DNA of 64,000 nucleotides from an uncultured Gammaproteobacteria bacterium (GCA_964538765.1 CAZIHS010000003.1:631-64630), one strand, 5' to 3'; positions 27,129 to 37,388 are shown, counted from the stretch's first letter. Made by a program: numbers and translations. Notes: generated by a model from the sequence alone, not told the origin.

Positions 27129-28343
27129 TCATAACGATGATGTCAAGTTGTAGATTGGCATAATTATTGCCACCACCAGAAACCCCACCCCAATTCCAAG
27201 CACAATCATAATTAGCGGTTCAATTGCCGAAGTCAAAGCTTTCACCGACTGTTCTGCCTCAACTGCAAAATAATTAGCTACCTTTAAAAGCACCTCATCC
27301 AGCTTTCCGGTTGCCTCGCCGGTTTGAACCATTTGGTTAACAATCACCGGAAACACCGCCGCTTCTTCAAACGAATTAGCTACGCTGAAACCCTTTTGAA
27401 CCCTTTCCGAAATTCTGATAAACGCCTGGGCATAAACCTCGTTGTCTGCCACCCCCGACACAATCCTCAAGGTGTCGACCAGCGGTATTCCGGCCGCCAA
27501 AAGCATCGACATTGTTCTGATAGTATTTGTCAAAATTGTCTTGTCGGTCAGCGGACCCAAAATCGGCACCTTTAATAAATACTCGTCCCTTTTTAACCTG
27601 AATCTCTGGTTATTATTTCCTATTTTCAAAGCCATCCACCCCCCCGCTGCCAAAACCGGCAGCATAAACCACCACCTCGACACCACGTCTGAAATCTTCA
27701 TCAATGCCAATGTCGTCGCCGGCAATTTGGACGTTCCAAAGTCTTTATACAAAGCCAACAATTTTGGCACCACAAACGCCATCATCACCACCGCCACAAT
27801 CACCATCCCCACCACCACAATCACCGGGTAAATCATCGCCCCCTTAACTTTACCCCTAAATTCAGAATCTTTCTCCAGGTTATCGGCCAACTTGTTAAAC
27901 ACCTCTTCCAATACCCCTCCTTCTTCACCGGCCTTCACCGAAGCCACAAACGCCTGACCAAAAACTTTCTCATATTTGGCCAACGCTTCCCCAAGCGGTT
28001 TCCCCCCCCTAACCGCGTTTAAACAATGGTCGAGTATTTCAAAAAGTTGGCTGTTACCTCCCGCCTGGTTTTTTAAAAGAGTTAAAGCATCGGTCAGCAC
28101 CAGTCCCGCCGTCAGCATTGTTGACAACTGTCTGGTTAACCCCGCCACCTGTTTCAACCCCACCCTTCCGGTCACATTTTTAAGTATTTCACCGGCCAAA
28201 GTTTTCCTCTCCAGATCCACCGCCAGCGGCACCAGCCCGCTGCTTTTAATAGATCCCACCACTTCTTTCACCGACCCCATATCCAACACCCCCTTAACCA
28301 CCTTACCGTTCCAGTTTTTCGCCCTAAATTGATATCGGCTCAT
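27129..28343 (-). CDS. pilC: Type IV pilus platform protein PilC (T2SSF family)
   Basis: RQLSTMLTAG, AGEEGG, AMIYP, GEATGKLD, IEP. Confidence 0.96.
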   Translation of the reverse strand: MSRYQFRAKNWNGKVVKGVLDMGSVKEVVGSIKSSGLVPLAVDLERKTLAGEILKNVTGRVGLKQVAGLTRQLSTMLTAGLVLTDALTLLKNQAGGNSQLFEILDHCLNAVRGGKPLGEALAKYEKVFGQAFVASVKAGEEGGVLEEVFNKLADNLEKDSEFRGKVKGAMIYPVIVVVGMVIVAVVMMAFVVPKLLALYKDFGTSKLPATTLALMKISDVVSRWWFMLPVLAAGGWMALKIGNNNQRFRLKRDEYLLKVPILGPLTDKTILTNTIRTMSMLLAAGIPLVDTLRIVSGVADNEVYAQAFIRISERVQKGFSVANSFEEAAVFPVIVNQMVQTGEATGKLDEVLLKVANYFAVEAEQSVKALTSAIEPLIMIVLGIGVGFLVVAIIMPIYNLTSSL

Positions 28344-28349
28344 GTTTTC

Positions 28350-29429
28350 CTATGTTTTATCGCTCCATTTTGTCCGTCTCAAACTTGATTGTAATTCCGA
28401 CGGTCTTAGAGCATAACTCATTGCCACTTCTTCACTGATTACCCCCGTCTTAACCAGCCTTGCCAAAGACATCTCCAGGCTTAGCATACCCAAATCAATC
28501 CCGGTTTGAATAACATTGTCAATCATAAATGTTTTGCCCTCACGAATTATGTTTCTCACTGCCGGCGTCACTATCAACAACTCAACCGCCGGCACCCTTT
28601 TGCCTTCTTTTGTCGGCACCAGTCTTTGTGACAAAATCGCCGTTAACACATCAGCCAGCTGAACCCTGATTTGCTGTTTTCCACCCTCGGGAAAAACATC
28701 AACAATCCGGTCGACCGTTTGAGAAGCGCTGTTGGTGTGGAGTGTAGAAAACACTAAATGCCCCGTTTCAGAAATCGTAATTGCGGCCGAAATTGTATCC
28801 AAATCTCTCATCTCTCCCACAAACACAACATTTGGATCCTGCCTCAAACACGATCTTAGGGCCATCGAAAACGAATTGGTATCTTCTCCCAGCTCCCTTT
28901 GACTAACCGCCGACCTTGCCGGTTTTATCACATACTCAATCGGATCCTCAACCGTCACGATATGACTCGACTGGTTCTTATTAATTTTATTCAAAAGCGA
29001 AGCCACCGTCGTTGATTTTCCGTGTCCAGTTGGACCGGTCACCAAAATAAACCCCTGCTTGTTAGTGGCCAGCTGGGACATTATTTCGGGCAGACCCAAG
29101 GTTTCGAAATCGGGAATATCCATCGTCACCACCCTCAAAGCCATGGCCAACCGACCCGATTGCATATAACAATTAACCCTGAAACGGCCGTTTTCCACCG
29201 CTAATGAAAAATCAATCTCTTTGTTTTTGGCCAACAGTGCTTTCTGCCCGTCTGTCAAAACTGATACAATCATCTCTTCCATTTCCTCCACCCTGATTTT
29301 TTCAAACCCCGCCACCTCGACCAACTCGCCATTAACCCTTAATTTAGGGGTATTATTCGAATACAAATGAAGATCCGAAGCTTTGTTGTCGATTGCTAAA
29401 GTCAGCAAACTTTTTATTTTAGTGTTCAT
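28350..29429 (-). CDS. pilT: Pilus retraction ATPase PilT
   Basis: ASDLHL, GPTGHGKST, LRQDPNV..VGEMRD, AVRNIIRE. Confidence 0.96.
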   Translation of the reverse strand: MNTKIKSLLTLAIDNKASDLHLYSNNTPKLRVNGELVEVAGFEKIRVEEMEEMIVSVLTDGQKALLAKNKEIDFSLAVENGRFRVNCYMQSGRLAMALRVVTMDIPDFETLGLPEIMSQLATNKQGFILVTGPTGHGKSTTVASLLNKINKNQSSHIVTVEDPIEYVIKPARSAVSQRELGEDTNSFSMALRSCLRQDPNVVFVGEMRDLDTISAAITISETGHLVFSTLHTNSASQTVDRIVDVFPEGGKQQIRVQLADVLTAILSQRLVPTKEGKRVPAVELLIVTPAVRNIIREGKTFMIDNVIQTGIDLGMLSLEMSLARLVKTGVISEEVAMSYALRPSELQSSLRRTKWSDKT

Positions 29430-29435
29430 ATTATA

Positions 29436-31175
29436 TTAATACTGGGCCACCCTCAAAACTTCCTCGATGGTGGTAACCCCTTCTAAAACCTTAACATAAC
29501 CATCCTGTTTCATTGTTAACATTCCCTCATTCATCGCTTCCTTTTGTAAATCCGAGGCCGACACCTTCTCAACAATCAGCTTGCTCATCCTTTCAGAAAT
29601 TGGCATCACTTCATATATAGCTATCCTTCCATAATACCCGCCATTACATTTATCACACCCCACCTGTTTTACTATCTTTAAAGGCTTTCCCTCCTTTTTC
29701 CACTTGTCCTCAATCAAATCAAATATCGGCCCCAAAGTGTTTTTAAAATCTGTCAGCACATTTTCCGGAATATCTATCAGCACACCGCAATCCTTGCAAA
29801 CTTTTCTCAAAACTCTCTGACCCACCACACAATTCAGGGATGATACCAGCAAAAATGGCTCGACTCCCATATCCAAAAGCCGCGGCGGCACACCCGAAGC
29901 ATCGTTGGTGTGAAGCGTGGAAAAAACCAAATGGCCGGTTAGAGCCGCATTAATCGCCAGCTCGGCTGTTTCCGTATCCCGAATTTCCCCAACCATAATC
30001 ACATTTGGATCCTGTCTCAAAAAAGACCTTAAAGCCGAAGCAAAAGTCAATCCAGCCTGGGGATTAACCTGAACCTGGTTTACCCCTTTCATCTGATATT
30101 CCACCGGATCTTCTATTGTCACCACATTCACTCGGCTGGTGGCTACCTTATCCAAAACTGAATACAAAGTTGTTGTCTTTCCGCTTCCGGTTGGTCCACA
30201 GACAATAATGATTCCATGCGGTCTTTCAATGGCCGTCATCAAATTCTTCAGCGCCAAGCCTCTCAAACCCAACTCAACCAAAGTGGGTACCTTTTGTGAT
30301 TTTTTTAAAAGCCTCATCACCACTTTTTCTCCATAGGTTGTGGGTAAAGACGAAACCCTCAAATCAACGTCGTTTCCCTCGCTGGAGTAAAAAAAACGTC
30401 CATCCTGGGGCACCCTTTTTTCGTCAATTTTCAAATTAGACAAAATTTTAATTCTCGACACCACCGCCTCACTCACCGACCGGGGCAATATATATTTCTC
30501 TTGCAAAATACCGTCTATCCTATACCTTATCCTCACGTTTTCTTCCTGCGGTTCAATGTGAACGTCCGAAGCCCGGGCCTTAACCGCAAACTCAAGAATT
30601 GTATCGACTATTTTTGCCACCGGGGCTTCGGCCGAAACACTTTTGGCCTTCAGTTCGACCTCCGCCATTTCATCCTCTTTTCTCTCATTCAAGGCCTTTC
30701 CCACCTCGGAAGTAATCCCTTTTTCCCGCTGGTACTTTTCATTTATAAACCCCTTAATCTGTTTCTCGGTAGATATGGCAGTCTTAACTCTCATCCCCGA
30801 CTTTTTTTCCAAAAATTCAACCGTTTCCAAATCCAGCGGATTTACCATCGACACCCACAATATTTTCTCCTTGGCGTCCAGGTTATATGGCGCCACTAAA
30901 TATTTCTGGGCCACCACCTCGGGAACCAGCGCCAGCGCCTCGGGCGAAAAACCAATGTCGTTCAAATCAACATAGGGGACCCTCAAAAATTCCGCTTTAA
31001 CCTTAATAAACTCCACCTCATCCAAAAGCCTCATCGACCTGACAACATCTTCCTCCGATTCACCCGTTTTTATTTGCCTCAAACTTATTTCGTCTGCCTT
31101 CACTTTATCAACCAGCCCCCGGTCCAGCATCACCTCCAAAAACGATTTATACACTTTTCCGCCCAAATCATTCAT
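29436..31175 (-). CDS. pilB: Pilus assembly ATPase PilB (GspE/PulE family)
   Basis: ASDVHIEP, GPTGSGKTT, tetra-Cys Zn motif. Confidence 0.96.
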   Translation of the reverse strand: MNDLGGKVYKSFLEVMLDRGLVDKVKADEISLRQIKTGESEEDVVRSMRLLDEVEFIKVKAEFLRVPYVDLNDIGFSPEALALVPEVVAQKYLVAPYNLDAKEKILWVSMVNPLDLETVEFLEKKSGMRVKTAISTEKQIKGFINEKYQREKGITSEVGKALNERKEDEMAEVELKAKSVSAEAPVAKIVDTILEFAVKARASDVHIEPQEENVRIRYRIDGILQEKYILPRSVSEAVVSRIKILSNLKIDEKRVPQDGRFFYSSEGNDVDLRVSSLPTTYGEKVVMRLLKKSQKVPTLVELGLRGLALKNLMTAIERPHGIIIVCGPTGSGKTTTLYSVLDKVATSRVNVVTIEDPVEYQMKGVNQVQVNPQAGLTFASALRSFLRQDPNVIMVGEIRDTETAELAINAALTGHLVFSTLHTNDASGVPPRLLDMGVEPFLLVSSLNCVVGQRVLRKVCKDCGVLIDIPENVLTDFKNTLGPIFDLIEDKWKKEGKPLKIVKQVGCDKCNGGYYGRIAIYEVMPISERMSKLIVEKVSASDLQKEAMNEGMLTMKQDGYVKVLEGVTTIEEVLRVAQY

Positions 31176-31211
31176 AATTAAATACTAACGATTATTTGGT
31201 CATCTGACAAT

Positions 31212-31850
31212 ATGACAACCCCCGCTTTCCCTTCAACCATCTTTCAAATTAACAATCAAACTGTTGACCTCAGCTCCCTTCTTTCTCCTTTTGGCCACCA
31301 GCCCGTAAACAACCCCGATCTTTTTACAATCAGCAACCAAACCGGCCACTCCATCGACACCGTCCGTCAAATGATCAATTTTTTAAGCCTTAAGCCCTAT
31401 CAGCACAGTTTTAAAATCGGGCTCATAATTGAGCCTGAAAAATTAACTCTTGAGGCTCAAAACGCCCTTCTAAAAACCCTTGAAGAACCCGGCGACCACA
31501 ATTATATTTTTATTCTCACCAGCCAACCCAACCGTCTGCTTCCAACTATAATTTCCAGGTGCCATTTTGAAAACATCTCCACTTCCCACCCCCCCGTTGA
31601 CCAAAATTCTCTCCTCGTTCCCCAAAAAACAATTGGCGAAAATCTGCTCCTTTCTTCCAAACTTCCCTCCACAAAAGAAACCGCGCTTTTATTTTTAAAA
31701 AACCAGCAACGCTACCTCCATCAACAGCTTTTAAATCACCCAAACCTCCAAATTCTTCAACAGCTGGAAAAGTCGATTAAGGCCGTTTTGATGATTGAAG
31801 CCAATGTCGCCCCCACCTCGGCCTTTGACTACTATCTCCTTTCCAGCTAA
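31212..31850 (+). CDS. holB: DNA polymerase III delta' subunit, shortened
   Basis: EAQNALLKTLEEP, LLPTIISRC. Confidence 0.8.
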   Translation: MTTPAFPSTIFQINNQTVDLSSLLSPFGHQPVNNPDLFTISNQTGHSIDTVRQMINFLSLKPYQHSFKIGLIIEPEKLTLEAQNALLKTLEEPGDHNYIFILTSQPNRLLPTIISRCHFENISTSHPPVDQNSLLVPQKTIGENLLLSSKLPSTKETALLFLKNQQRYLHQQLLNHPNLQILQQLEKSIKAVLMIEANVAPTSAFDYYLLSS

Positions 31851-31902
31851 TCTCCGCACTTTCCCCTTAGACAAAGTCAAAAAATGATATAATCTAGCCA
31901 AC

Positions 31903-33033
31903 GTGTTTTCACCCATATTTGCCATCAATAACCAAATAGTTAAAAACATCTCCCTCATCGAGGCGGCCAGAGCCATCATCGATGAAGCCCCGCTCATTCC
32001 CGCCTACGAAAAACAATTTCAGCAGGACGCCGTAGTTCGAACCGTCCACTATGGCACCAGAATTGAAGGCAACGACCTCACCTTTCAGGAGGTCGCCAAG
32101 TTAGTTGAAGGTAAACAAATCACCGCCACCGACCGCAATATCCAGGAAGTCATCAACTACCGCAACGTTATTGCCTATCTTGAAGAGCTATGGGCGCTGT
32201 ACGACGCCAACATGCCCCTGCCGGAACAAAAGCAAATACCCCCGGAAAACGACACTCCCCGGCCGTTTTTTTACAGCGAAACTATCATTAAAAAAATTCA
32301 CCACCTCACCACCGATAAAATCATTCCCGACAGCGAGCTGGGTAAATACCGCCACCAGCAGGTAGTTTTAAAAAACACCAAAACCGGCGAAATCGCCCAC
32401 CGGCCTCCTCCGGCAATCGAAGTCCCGTATTTAATTACCGACTTTATCGACTGGCTCAATTCAGAAAAATCACGTGACATTCATGCCGCCATCAACTCGG
32501 CCATCAGCCAGTATATTTTAGTCGCCATTCATCCGTTTATTGAAGGTAACGGCCGGGTTTCACGGGCTTTTGCCATGATCCCGCTTTACGCCCAGGGCTA
32601 CGATATTCGCCGCCTTTTTTCCACCGAGGAGTATTTCGACCGAAACGCCGAAGACTATTACAACACTATTCAAGCTACCCACGAGTTGGCCACCGACATT
32701 TTCAAACGCGACCTGACCCGCTGGATCGAATATTTTACTCAGGCTCTCGCCATCGAGCTCACCCGGGTCAAAGAAAAAGTTCAAAATCTTTCCCGGGATC
32801 TTAAGTTCAAAAAAAAGCTCGGCGGAAAACAAATCCAGCTAAACGACCGTCAGGTAAAGCTGGTCGAATACATGCAACAGTTTGGCGGTCTGCGCATGCC
32901 CGACGCCCAACAGCTTTTGCCCATGGTTTCAGACGACACCATTTGGCGCGACCTTAAAAAATTGATTGACGCCGGTGCAGTCGACAAGCACGGTTCCACC
33001 AAAGGGGCCTACTATAATCTGGCCGAAGTCTAA
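31903..33033 (+). CDS. Fic family protein with C-terminal HTH
   Basis: HPFIEGNGRVSR catalytic motif; TRIEGN; SDDTIWRDL. Confidence 0.93.
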   Translation: MFSPIFAINNQIVKNISLIEAARAIIDEAPLIPAYEKQFQQDAVVRTVHYGTRIEGNDLTFQEVAKLVEGKQITATDRNIQEVINYRNVIAYLEELWALYDANMPLPEQKQIPPENDTPRPFFYSETIIKKIHHLTTDKIIPDSELGKYRHQQVVLKNTKTGEIAHRPPPAIEVPYLITDFIDWLNSEKSRDIHAAINSAISQYILVAIHPFIEGNGRVSRAFAMIPLYAQGYDIRRLFSTEEYFDRNAEDYYNTIQATHELATDIFKRDLTRWIEYFTQALAIELTRVKEKVQNLSRDLKFKKKLGGKQIQLNDRQVKLVEYMQQFGGLRMPDAQQLLPMVSDDTIWRDLKKLIDAGAVDKHGSTKGAYYNLAEV

Positions 33034-33091
33034 ACACACCCGCCATCCTTTTTCGTTTTTCAACCACACCTCTGTATAGTTATAATTGCCT

Positions 33092-35095
33092 ATGTTAACC
33101 CTCGACCAAATCAAGCCGGAAAATCTGAAACCCCAAGAACTCGGTGAAATTCTAATCGAAGCCAAAAAAGCTTATTACACCACCGGAAAGCCGATCATGG
33201 ATGATCACACCTACGACACTCTCGAAAACATTCTTCGTCAAAAAAATCCCCACCACCGTCTTTTCTCTAAAGTCGGCACCCCAAATTTTGAAACCGGTTT
33301 TGAAAAAAAAACCCACCATCACCCAATGTACTCCCAAAACAAGGTCAGCAATTTCACCGACCTGGTCCATTACTTTGAACTTAAACAGACTGCCGGAAAA
33401 TTCAACCTAAACGAGCTTTCTTTTCTGGCCCAGCCGAAATGCGACGGCTTATCACTAGAAATCACCTACCTTCAAGGAAAACTGGTTGACGCCATCACCC
33501 GTGGCGACGGGCAAACGGGCGACCTTGTCACTCAAAACGTTGTTCAAATGCAAAATTTCAAAGCCCTGCTGCCGGCTCCTTTCAGCGGTTCAATCCGTTG
33601 TGAAATTGTTGTCACCAAGAAAGATTTTGAGATGTTAAACACGCTGGTCGGCCAGGATAAAACATCACTTTCCTCAAGTAATTCCAATCAAATCACATTT
33701 TATAGCAACCCCCGAAACGCCGCCTCGGGCATCACTCAACGGCTAGACGGCAAATACAGCCATCTCTGCACTCTTGTTCCGGTTGATCTGGTTGAAAACA
33801 ACCAAAATATTGAAAACGAAATTGACAAAATTAAAAAAATCGAATCGCTTGGTTTAATTCCTGTCGAAACCCATCTTTGCACCAATTTTGATCAAATTGA
33901 AGAACTGTACAACAAATTCCTCTCTACCAGCCGTCAAACCTATCTCTTCGACATCGACGGGTTGGTCATTAAAATTAACCAACTCCGTTTTGCCGCCCTT
34001 CTTGGCACCAATAACAACCGCCCAAAATACCAGGTGGCCTACAAATTTCCAGCCGATACCAACCAAACCACCATTTTATCGGTAGATTGGCAAGTTGGCC
34101 CAATGGGCACCATCACCCCCGTCGCCAACATTGAACCCATTCAGGTTTCCGGCGCCATCATCACCTTCGCCTCCCTGGCCAACCACCATCTTATCAAAGA
34201 AAAAAACATCCAGATCGGCGACATCGTCAAAGTCAGCCGCCGCGGTGATGTTATTCCCCACATTGACAGCGTAATTACTAAAGTAAACAGTGGTTTTGTT
34301 GCGCCTCCCGCCAACTGCCCTTCTTGCCAAACAAAGCTGATTCAACAAAATAAGTTTCTCATTTGTCCCAATTCCTCTTCCTGCCAGGAACAAATAATTG
34401 GCGGCCTCAGACTTTTTTGTGACAGTCTTGATATCAAAGGCCTTTCCTTTCAAACAATAAAAAAACTCTATCAGGCCGGTCTGATCAAAACCCCGGGCGA
34501 TTTCTATCACCTCACCGTCCACGATATCGCGCCGCTCGAAAACCTTGGCCCCAAATCGGCCGCTAACATCGTCCATCAAATTCAACAAAAAAGAAATCTC
34601 AGCCTTAAAGAGCTATACAGCTCGGCAATCATTCCTCATTTCAGCCGGGCCAGAATTCAGCAGGTTATTCAGGCCGGTTTCGATACCCCGGAAAAAATCC
34701 AAAATTTAACGGTTGACCAGCTTGTCCCACTAAAAGGCTTCCAGCCGGTCCTGGCTGGAAAAATCATCAACGGCCTGGCCCTGCGCCGTTCCTGGATCAA
34801 ATCCATCACCGAAAACTGCACCCTGTCTTCCGAAAAATCAACCCGTCACGCTCCTCTGGCATCATTAAACTTTGTCATTACCGGCCAACTTTCCCAACCC
34901 CGCTCAAAATATCAGCAAAAAATTGAATCCCTTGGCGGCAAACTTTGCTCTGGCGTCACCAAAAACACCTCCTACCTCATCACCTCCAAAAAAGACACTC
35001 AAGGTACCAAGTATGCCACCGCCCTCAAACTTGGGGTTAAAATCATAACCGAGGAAGAATTTATCAGGCTTTGCCAACCACCTTCCTCACCCTAA
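33092..35095 (+). CDS. ligA: NAD-dependent DNA ligase
   Basis: KCDG, TRGDG, NPRNAASG, DGLVIK, Zn finger, BRCT. Confidence 0.96.
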   Translation: MLTLDQIKPENLKPQELGEILIEAKKAYYTTGKPIMDDHTYDTLENILRQKNPHHRLFSKVGTPNFETGFEKKTHHHPMYSQNKVSNFTDLVHYFELKQTAGKFNLNELSFLAQPKCDGLSLEITYLQGKLVDAITRGDGQTGDLVTQNVVQMQNFKALLPAPFSGSIRCEIVVTKKDFEMLNTLVGQDKTSLSSSNSNQITFYSNPRNAASGITQRLDGKYSHLCTLVPVDLVENNQNIENEIDKIKKIESLGLIPVETHLCTNFDQIEELYNKFLSTSRQTYLFDIDGLVIKINQLRFAALLGTNNNRPKYQVAYKFPADTNQTTILSVDWQVGPMGTITPVANIEPIQVSGAIITFASLANHHLIKEKNIQIGDIVKVSRRGDVIPHIDSVITKVNSGFVAPPANCPSCQTKLIQQNKFLICPNSSSCQEQIIGGLRLFCDSLDIKGLSFQTIKKLYQAGLIKTPGDFYHLTVHDIAPLENLGPKSAANIVHQIQQKRNLSLKELYSSAIIPHFSRARIQQVIQAGFDTPEKIQNLTVDQLVPLKGFQPVLAGKIINGLALRRSWIKSITENCTLSSEKSTRHAPLASLNFVITGQLSQPRSKYQQKIESLGGKLCSGVTKNTSYLITSKKDTQGTKYATALKLGVKIITEEEFIRLCQPPSSP

Positions 35096-35111
35096 TTATT
35101 CATGCCATAAA

Positions 35112-35549
35112 TTGATCTACTCTTCCCCCCGCCAAACCGCCACACTGCTTTCCGCCAAAATAAAAAATGAAGTGGACCAGTTAAACCCAAAAGCCACGCT
35201 TGGCATCCTCAACCAGGAGCCCGGTAACATCGCCTACTGCCAGCTTATTGCCTCCAACCTAAAAATTCCGCTAACCTACCTTCCAAACCTTTTTAAAAAT
35301 CAACCTTCAAACCCTCAGCCTCTTCTTTTTATTTTAGTCGACGACGGCAACACCAATTCGGTTGAATACAACGAATTCACCGACAAAATAAGATCCCTTT
35401 ATCAGCTTGCCAAAATTATCATCGCCATTCCCGTTATTCCTTCTTCCGAAACCCAGGCCCTGGAAGCAAGCTGTGACACCTTAATCTACCTCCACGCCGA
35501 TCCATATTATTTTTCAGTTAATCAGTTTTATCAAAACCCATCGCTGTGA
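35112..35549 (+). CDS. Phosphoribosyltransferase-like protein (degenerate)
   Basis: ILVDDG...IIIAIPV..V.QFY pattern. Confidence 0.55.
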   Translation: MIYSSPRQTATLLSAKIKNEVDQLNPKATLGILNQEPGNIAYCQLIASNLKIPLTYLPNLFKNQPSNPQPLLFILVDDGNTNSVEYNEFTDKIRSLYQLAKIIIAIPVIPSSETQALEASCDTLIYLHADPYYFSVNQFYQNPSL

Positions 35550-36103
35550 AACCGGCTCTATTTGTTGGTCTTGGCAATCCTGGTAAAAAATACCAAAAAA
35601 CTCGCCACAATATTGGCCAATTTATCATCGAGAAATACGTTGCCGCCAGCCACCAATCTTCGTTTAGATCTCAAAAATCGCTTCAGGCCAACATCTTTCA
35701 AAAAGACCACCTGATTTTTGCCACTCCCACTGTTTTCATGAACGAGTCGGGTATCAGCGTTTCCGCTTTGGCCAACTATTACAAAATTTTACCCGCCCGC
35801 CTCTATGTCATCCATGACGATCTGGATATCGGGGTAGGGGAGTATCGGCTCCAATTTAACCGCGGTCCGGCTGGCCACCACGGAGTTGAATCAATCATTC
35901 AACACCTTGGCACCCAACAATTTCACCGTCTCCGCCTTGGCATCGGCCACCCCTCCTCGCCAGTTCCGGTGGAAAACTATGTTCTTCAACCGCTTCTGGC
36001 CCCAACCTCAACCAATCTTGAAAACACCTTAAATAAAACCACCCTGGATCAATTTGCTGATAAAATAATTCGGCAAATAGACCAAATAATTTCGGGCCTG
36101 TAG
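35546..36103 (+). CDS. pth: Peptidyl-tRNA hydrolase
   Basis: VGLGNPG..Y..TRHNIG, FMNESG, HDDLD, GHHG. Confidence 0.97.
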   Translation: MKPALFVGLGNPGKKYQKTRHNIGQFIIEKYVAASHQSSFRSQKSLQANIFQKDHLIFATPTVFMNESGISVSALANYYKILPARLYVIHDDLDIGVGEYRLQFNRGPAGHHGVESIIQHLGTQQFHRLRLGIGHPSSPVPVENYVLQPLLAPTSTNLENTLNKTTLDQFADKIIRQIDQIISGL

Positions 36104-36164
36104 TTAAACGGTATAACGTACCCTTCGCATGGGTATATTAGGGGTCCAATTCCCCTCAGGTCCA
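36094..36164 (+). tRNA. tRNA-Ala(CGC)
   Basis: Cloverleaf; acceptor GGGCCTG/CAGGTCC with G3:U70 and A73; anticodon arm TACCC-TTCGCAT-GGGTA; CCA not encoded. Confidence 0.9.
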
Positions 36165-36171
36165 CTTTACC

Positions 36172-36228
36172 TCGCCTTAGTGAAACGAAGGCGGGTAAAC
36201 TATTCGCCGTAGTGAAACGAAGGCGGGT
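36172..36228 (+). repeat. Two 25-bp palindromic direct repeats (REP-like)
   Basis: TCGCC(T/G)TAGTGAAACGAAGGCGGGT at 36172 and 36204. Confidence 0.85.
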
Positions 36229-36246
36229 TTTGCTAAACTTTTTTTG

Positions 36247-36522
36247 ATGTACTACGTTTACTATTTAAAGTGTAGTGACAATAAAACCTATTTAGGATGC
36301 ACCAATAATTTGAAAGATAGGTTAAAACGCCATCAGTTAGGCTACGTTCCAATAACCCGGAATCGTCGTCCGGTTAATCTACTATGCTATTTTGCCCTAG
36401 AAAACAAACACTCTGCGTTTGAGTTTGAGCAATACCTTAAAACCGCCTCTGGTCGATCTTTTATCAAGCGCCACCACCTCATTTACCCCCAATCAAATAT
36501 TGTCGTCCAAAAAACTCTTTAA
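36247..36522 (+). CDS. Small GIY-YIG nuclease
   Basis: YVYYL...YLGCT.NL..RL..H...A..FE.YLK. Confidence 0.92.
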   Translation: MYYVYYLKCSDNKTYLGCTNNLKDRLKRHQLGYVPITRNRRPVNLLCYFALENKHSAFEFEQYLKTASGRSFIKRHHLIYPQSNIVVQKTL

Positions 36523-36876
36523 AGCACTTAAGTCTTTCTTTTTAGAATCGTAATAATACGAATTTATTCCAACAGATTGGGCACTATTCACTGCATCTTT
36601 TATATGATCAAAATATACCACATCAGAAACTGTCAGCCGACATTTTTCCAATAGTTTCGTAAAATACTTTGGATTATTTTTGTCAGGATCATGTTTTAAA
36701 CTAAAAACTTCATAAGGTAAGTCCACCAATCCTGAATTAACCATTTCCTCCTCGTTGGCATTCGACAACAAAATTTTTTTGTTTGGATATTTTTCCAACA
36801 ACTCATACATTGGCAGGTTTATCCCAACCCCCTTAATCACAAAAACATGTGTTGCATCAACCAATATTGTCTTCAT
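36493..36876 (-). CDS. HAD-superfamily hydrolase-like protein
   Basis: ILVDA, LLSN, K.NP.YF, YFDH..AV.SA..VGI. Confidence 0.75.
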   Translation of the reverse strand: MKTILVDATHVFVIKGVGINLPMYELLEKYPNKKILLSNANEEEMVNSGLVDLPYEVFSLKHDPDKNNPKYFTKLLEKCRLTVSDVVYFDHIKDAVNSAQSVGINSYYYDSKKKDLSALKSFLDDNI

Positions 36877-37100
36877 TACTCATATTATCAATTCCATAAC
36901 TCTCCAGTAATTAGCCAGAGAGTAAGATACACTCCGACGCAGAATCTGATATTTTGTTTTAAGTTCAGATATAAATTAGTTCCAATTAAAAACCATGTAG
37001 TCTAACTAGGAGCACAGCGTAATAACCAATTCATCGTCTAAAAAACGACCAAAGCCCAAACCATCCCCCAAAAATACCCAAAATAGAGCTAAAATAGTCC

Positions 37101-37388
37101 ATGCCCTCACAACCAACCCTTCTTAAAGACCACTTAGACAAATTCAAGCAAACCTTAATCGGAAGAAAAAAATACGTCAAAAATGAATTTCAAGCCTATG
37201 CTCTTGATTTAGCCAAAGAACTCGACGACTGGAAACACAAAACTCTCTACCTCCGCCTGGCCAAAACCCAACCCCGCCATCTCCTCGATTCTGCCCGCTA
37301 TTTTGTCAAGGATCAAACCATCGGCTCAATCAAGTCAAAAGCCAGGCTTTTTATGTGGAAACTTAAAGAACTGAAAAAAAACAAATAA
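37101..37388 (+). CDS. Hypothetical protein
   Basis: 95-aa helical ORF with TAAAAT 5 nt upstream. Confidence 0.75.
   Translation: MPSQPTLLKDHLDKFKQTLIGRKKYVKNEFQAYALDLAKELDDWKHKTLYLRLAKTQPRHLLDSARYFVKDQTIGSIKSKARLFMWKLKELKKNK

Noticed and set aside
12942-31175. Type II secretion system
   Set aside because: PilT and PilMNO are present and there is no secretin or GspC/L/M; a type IV pilus fits better.
36172-36228. Repeats as a mini-CRISPR array
   Set aside because: Only two copies, a 7-nt spacer and no cas genes in the window.
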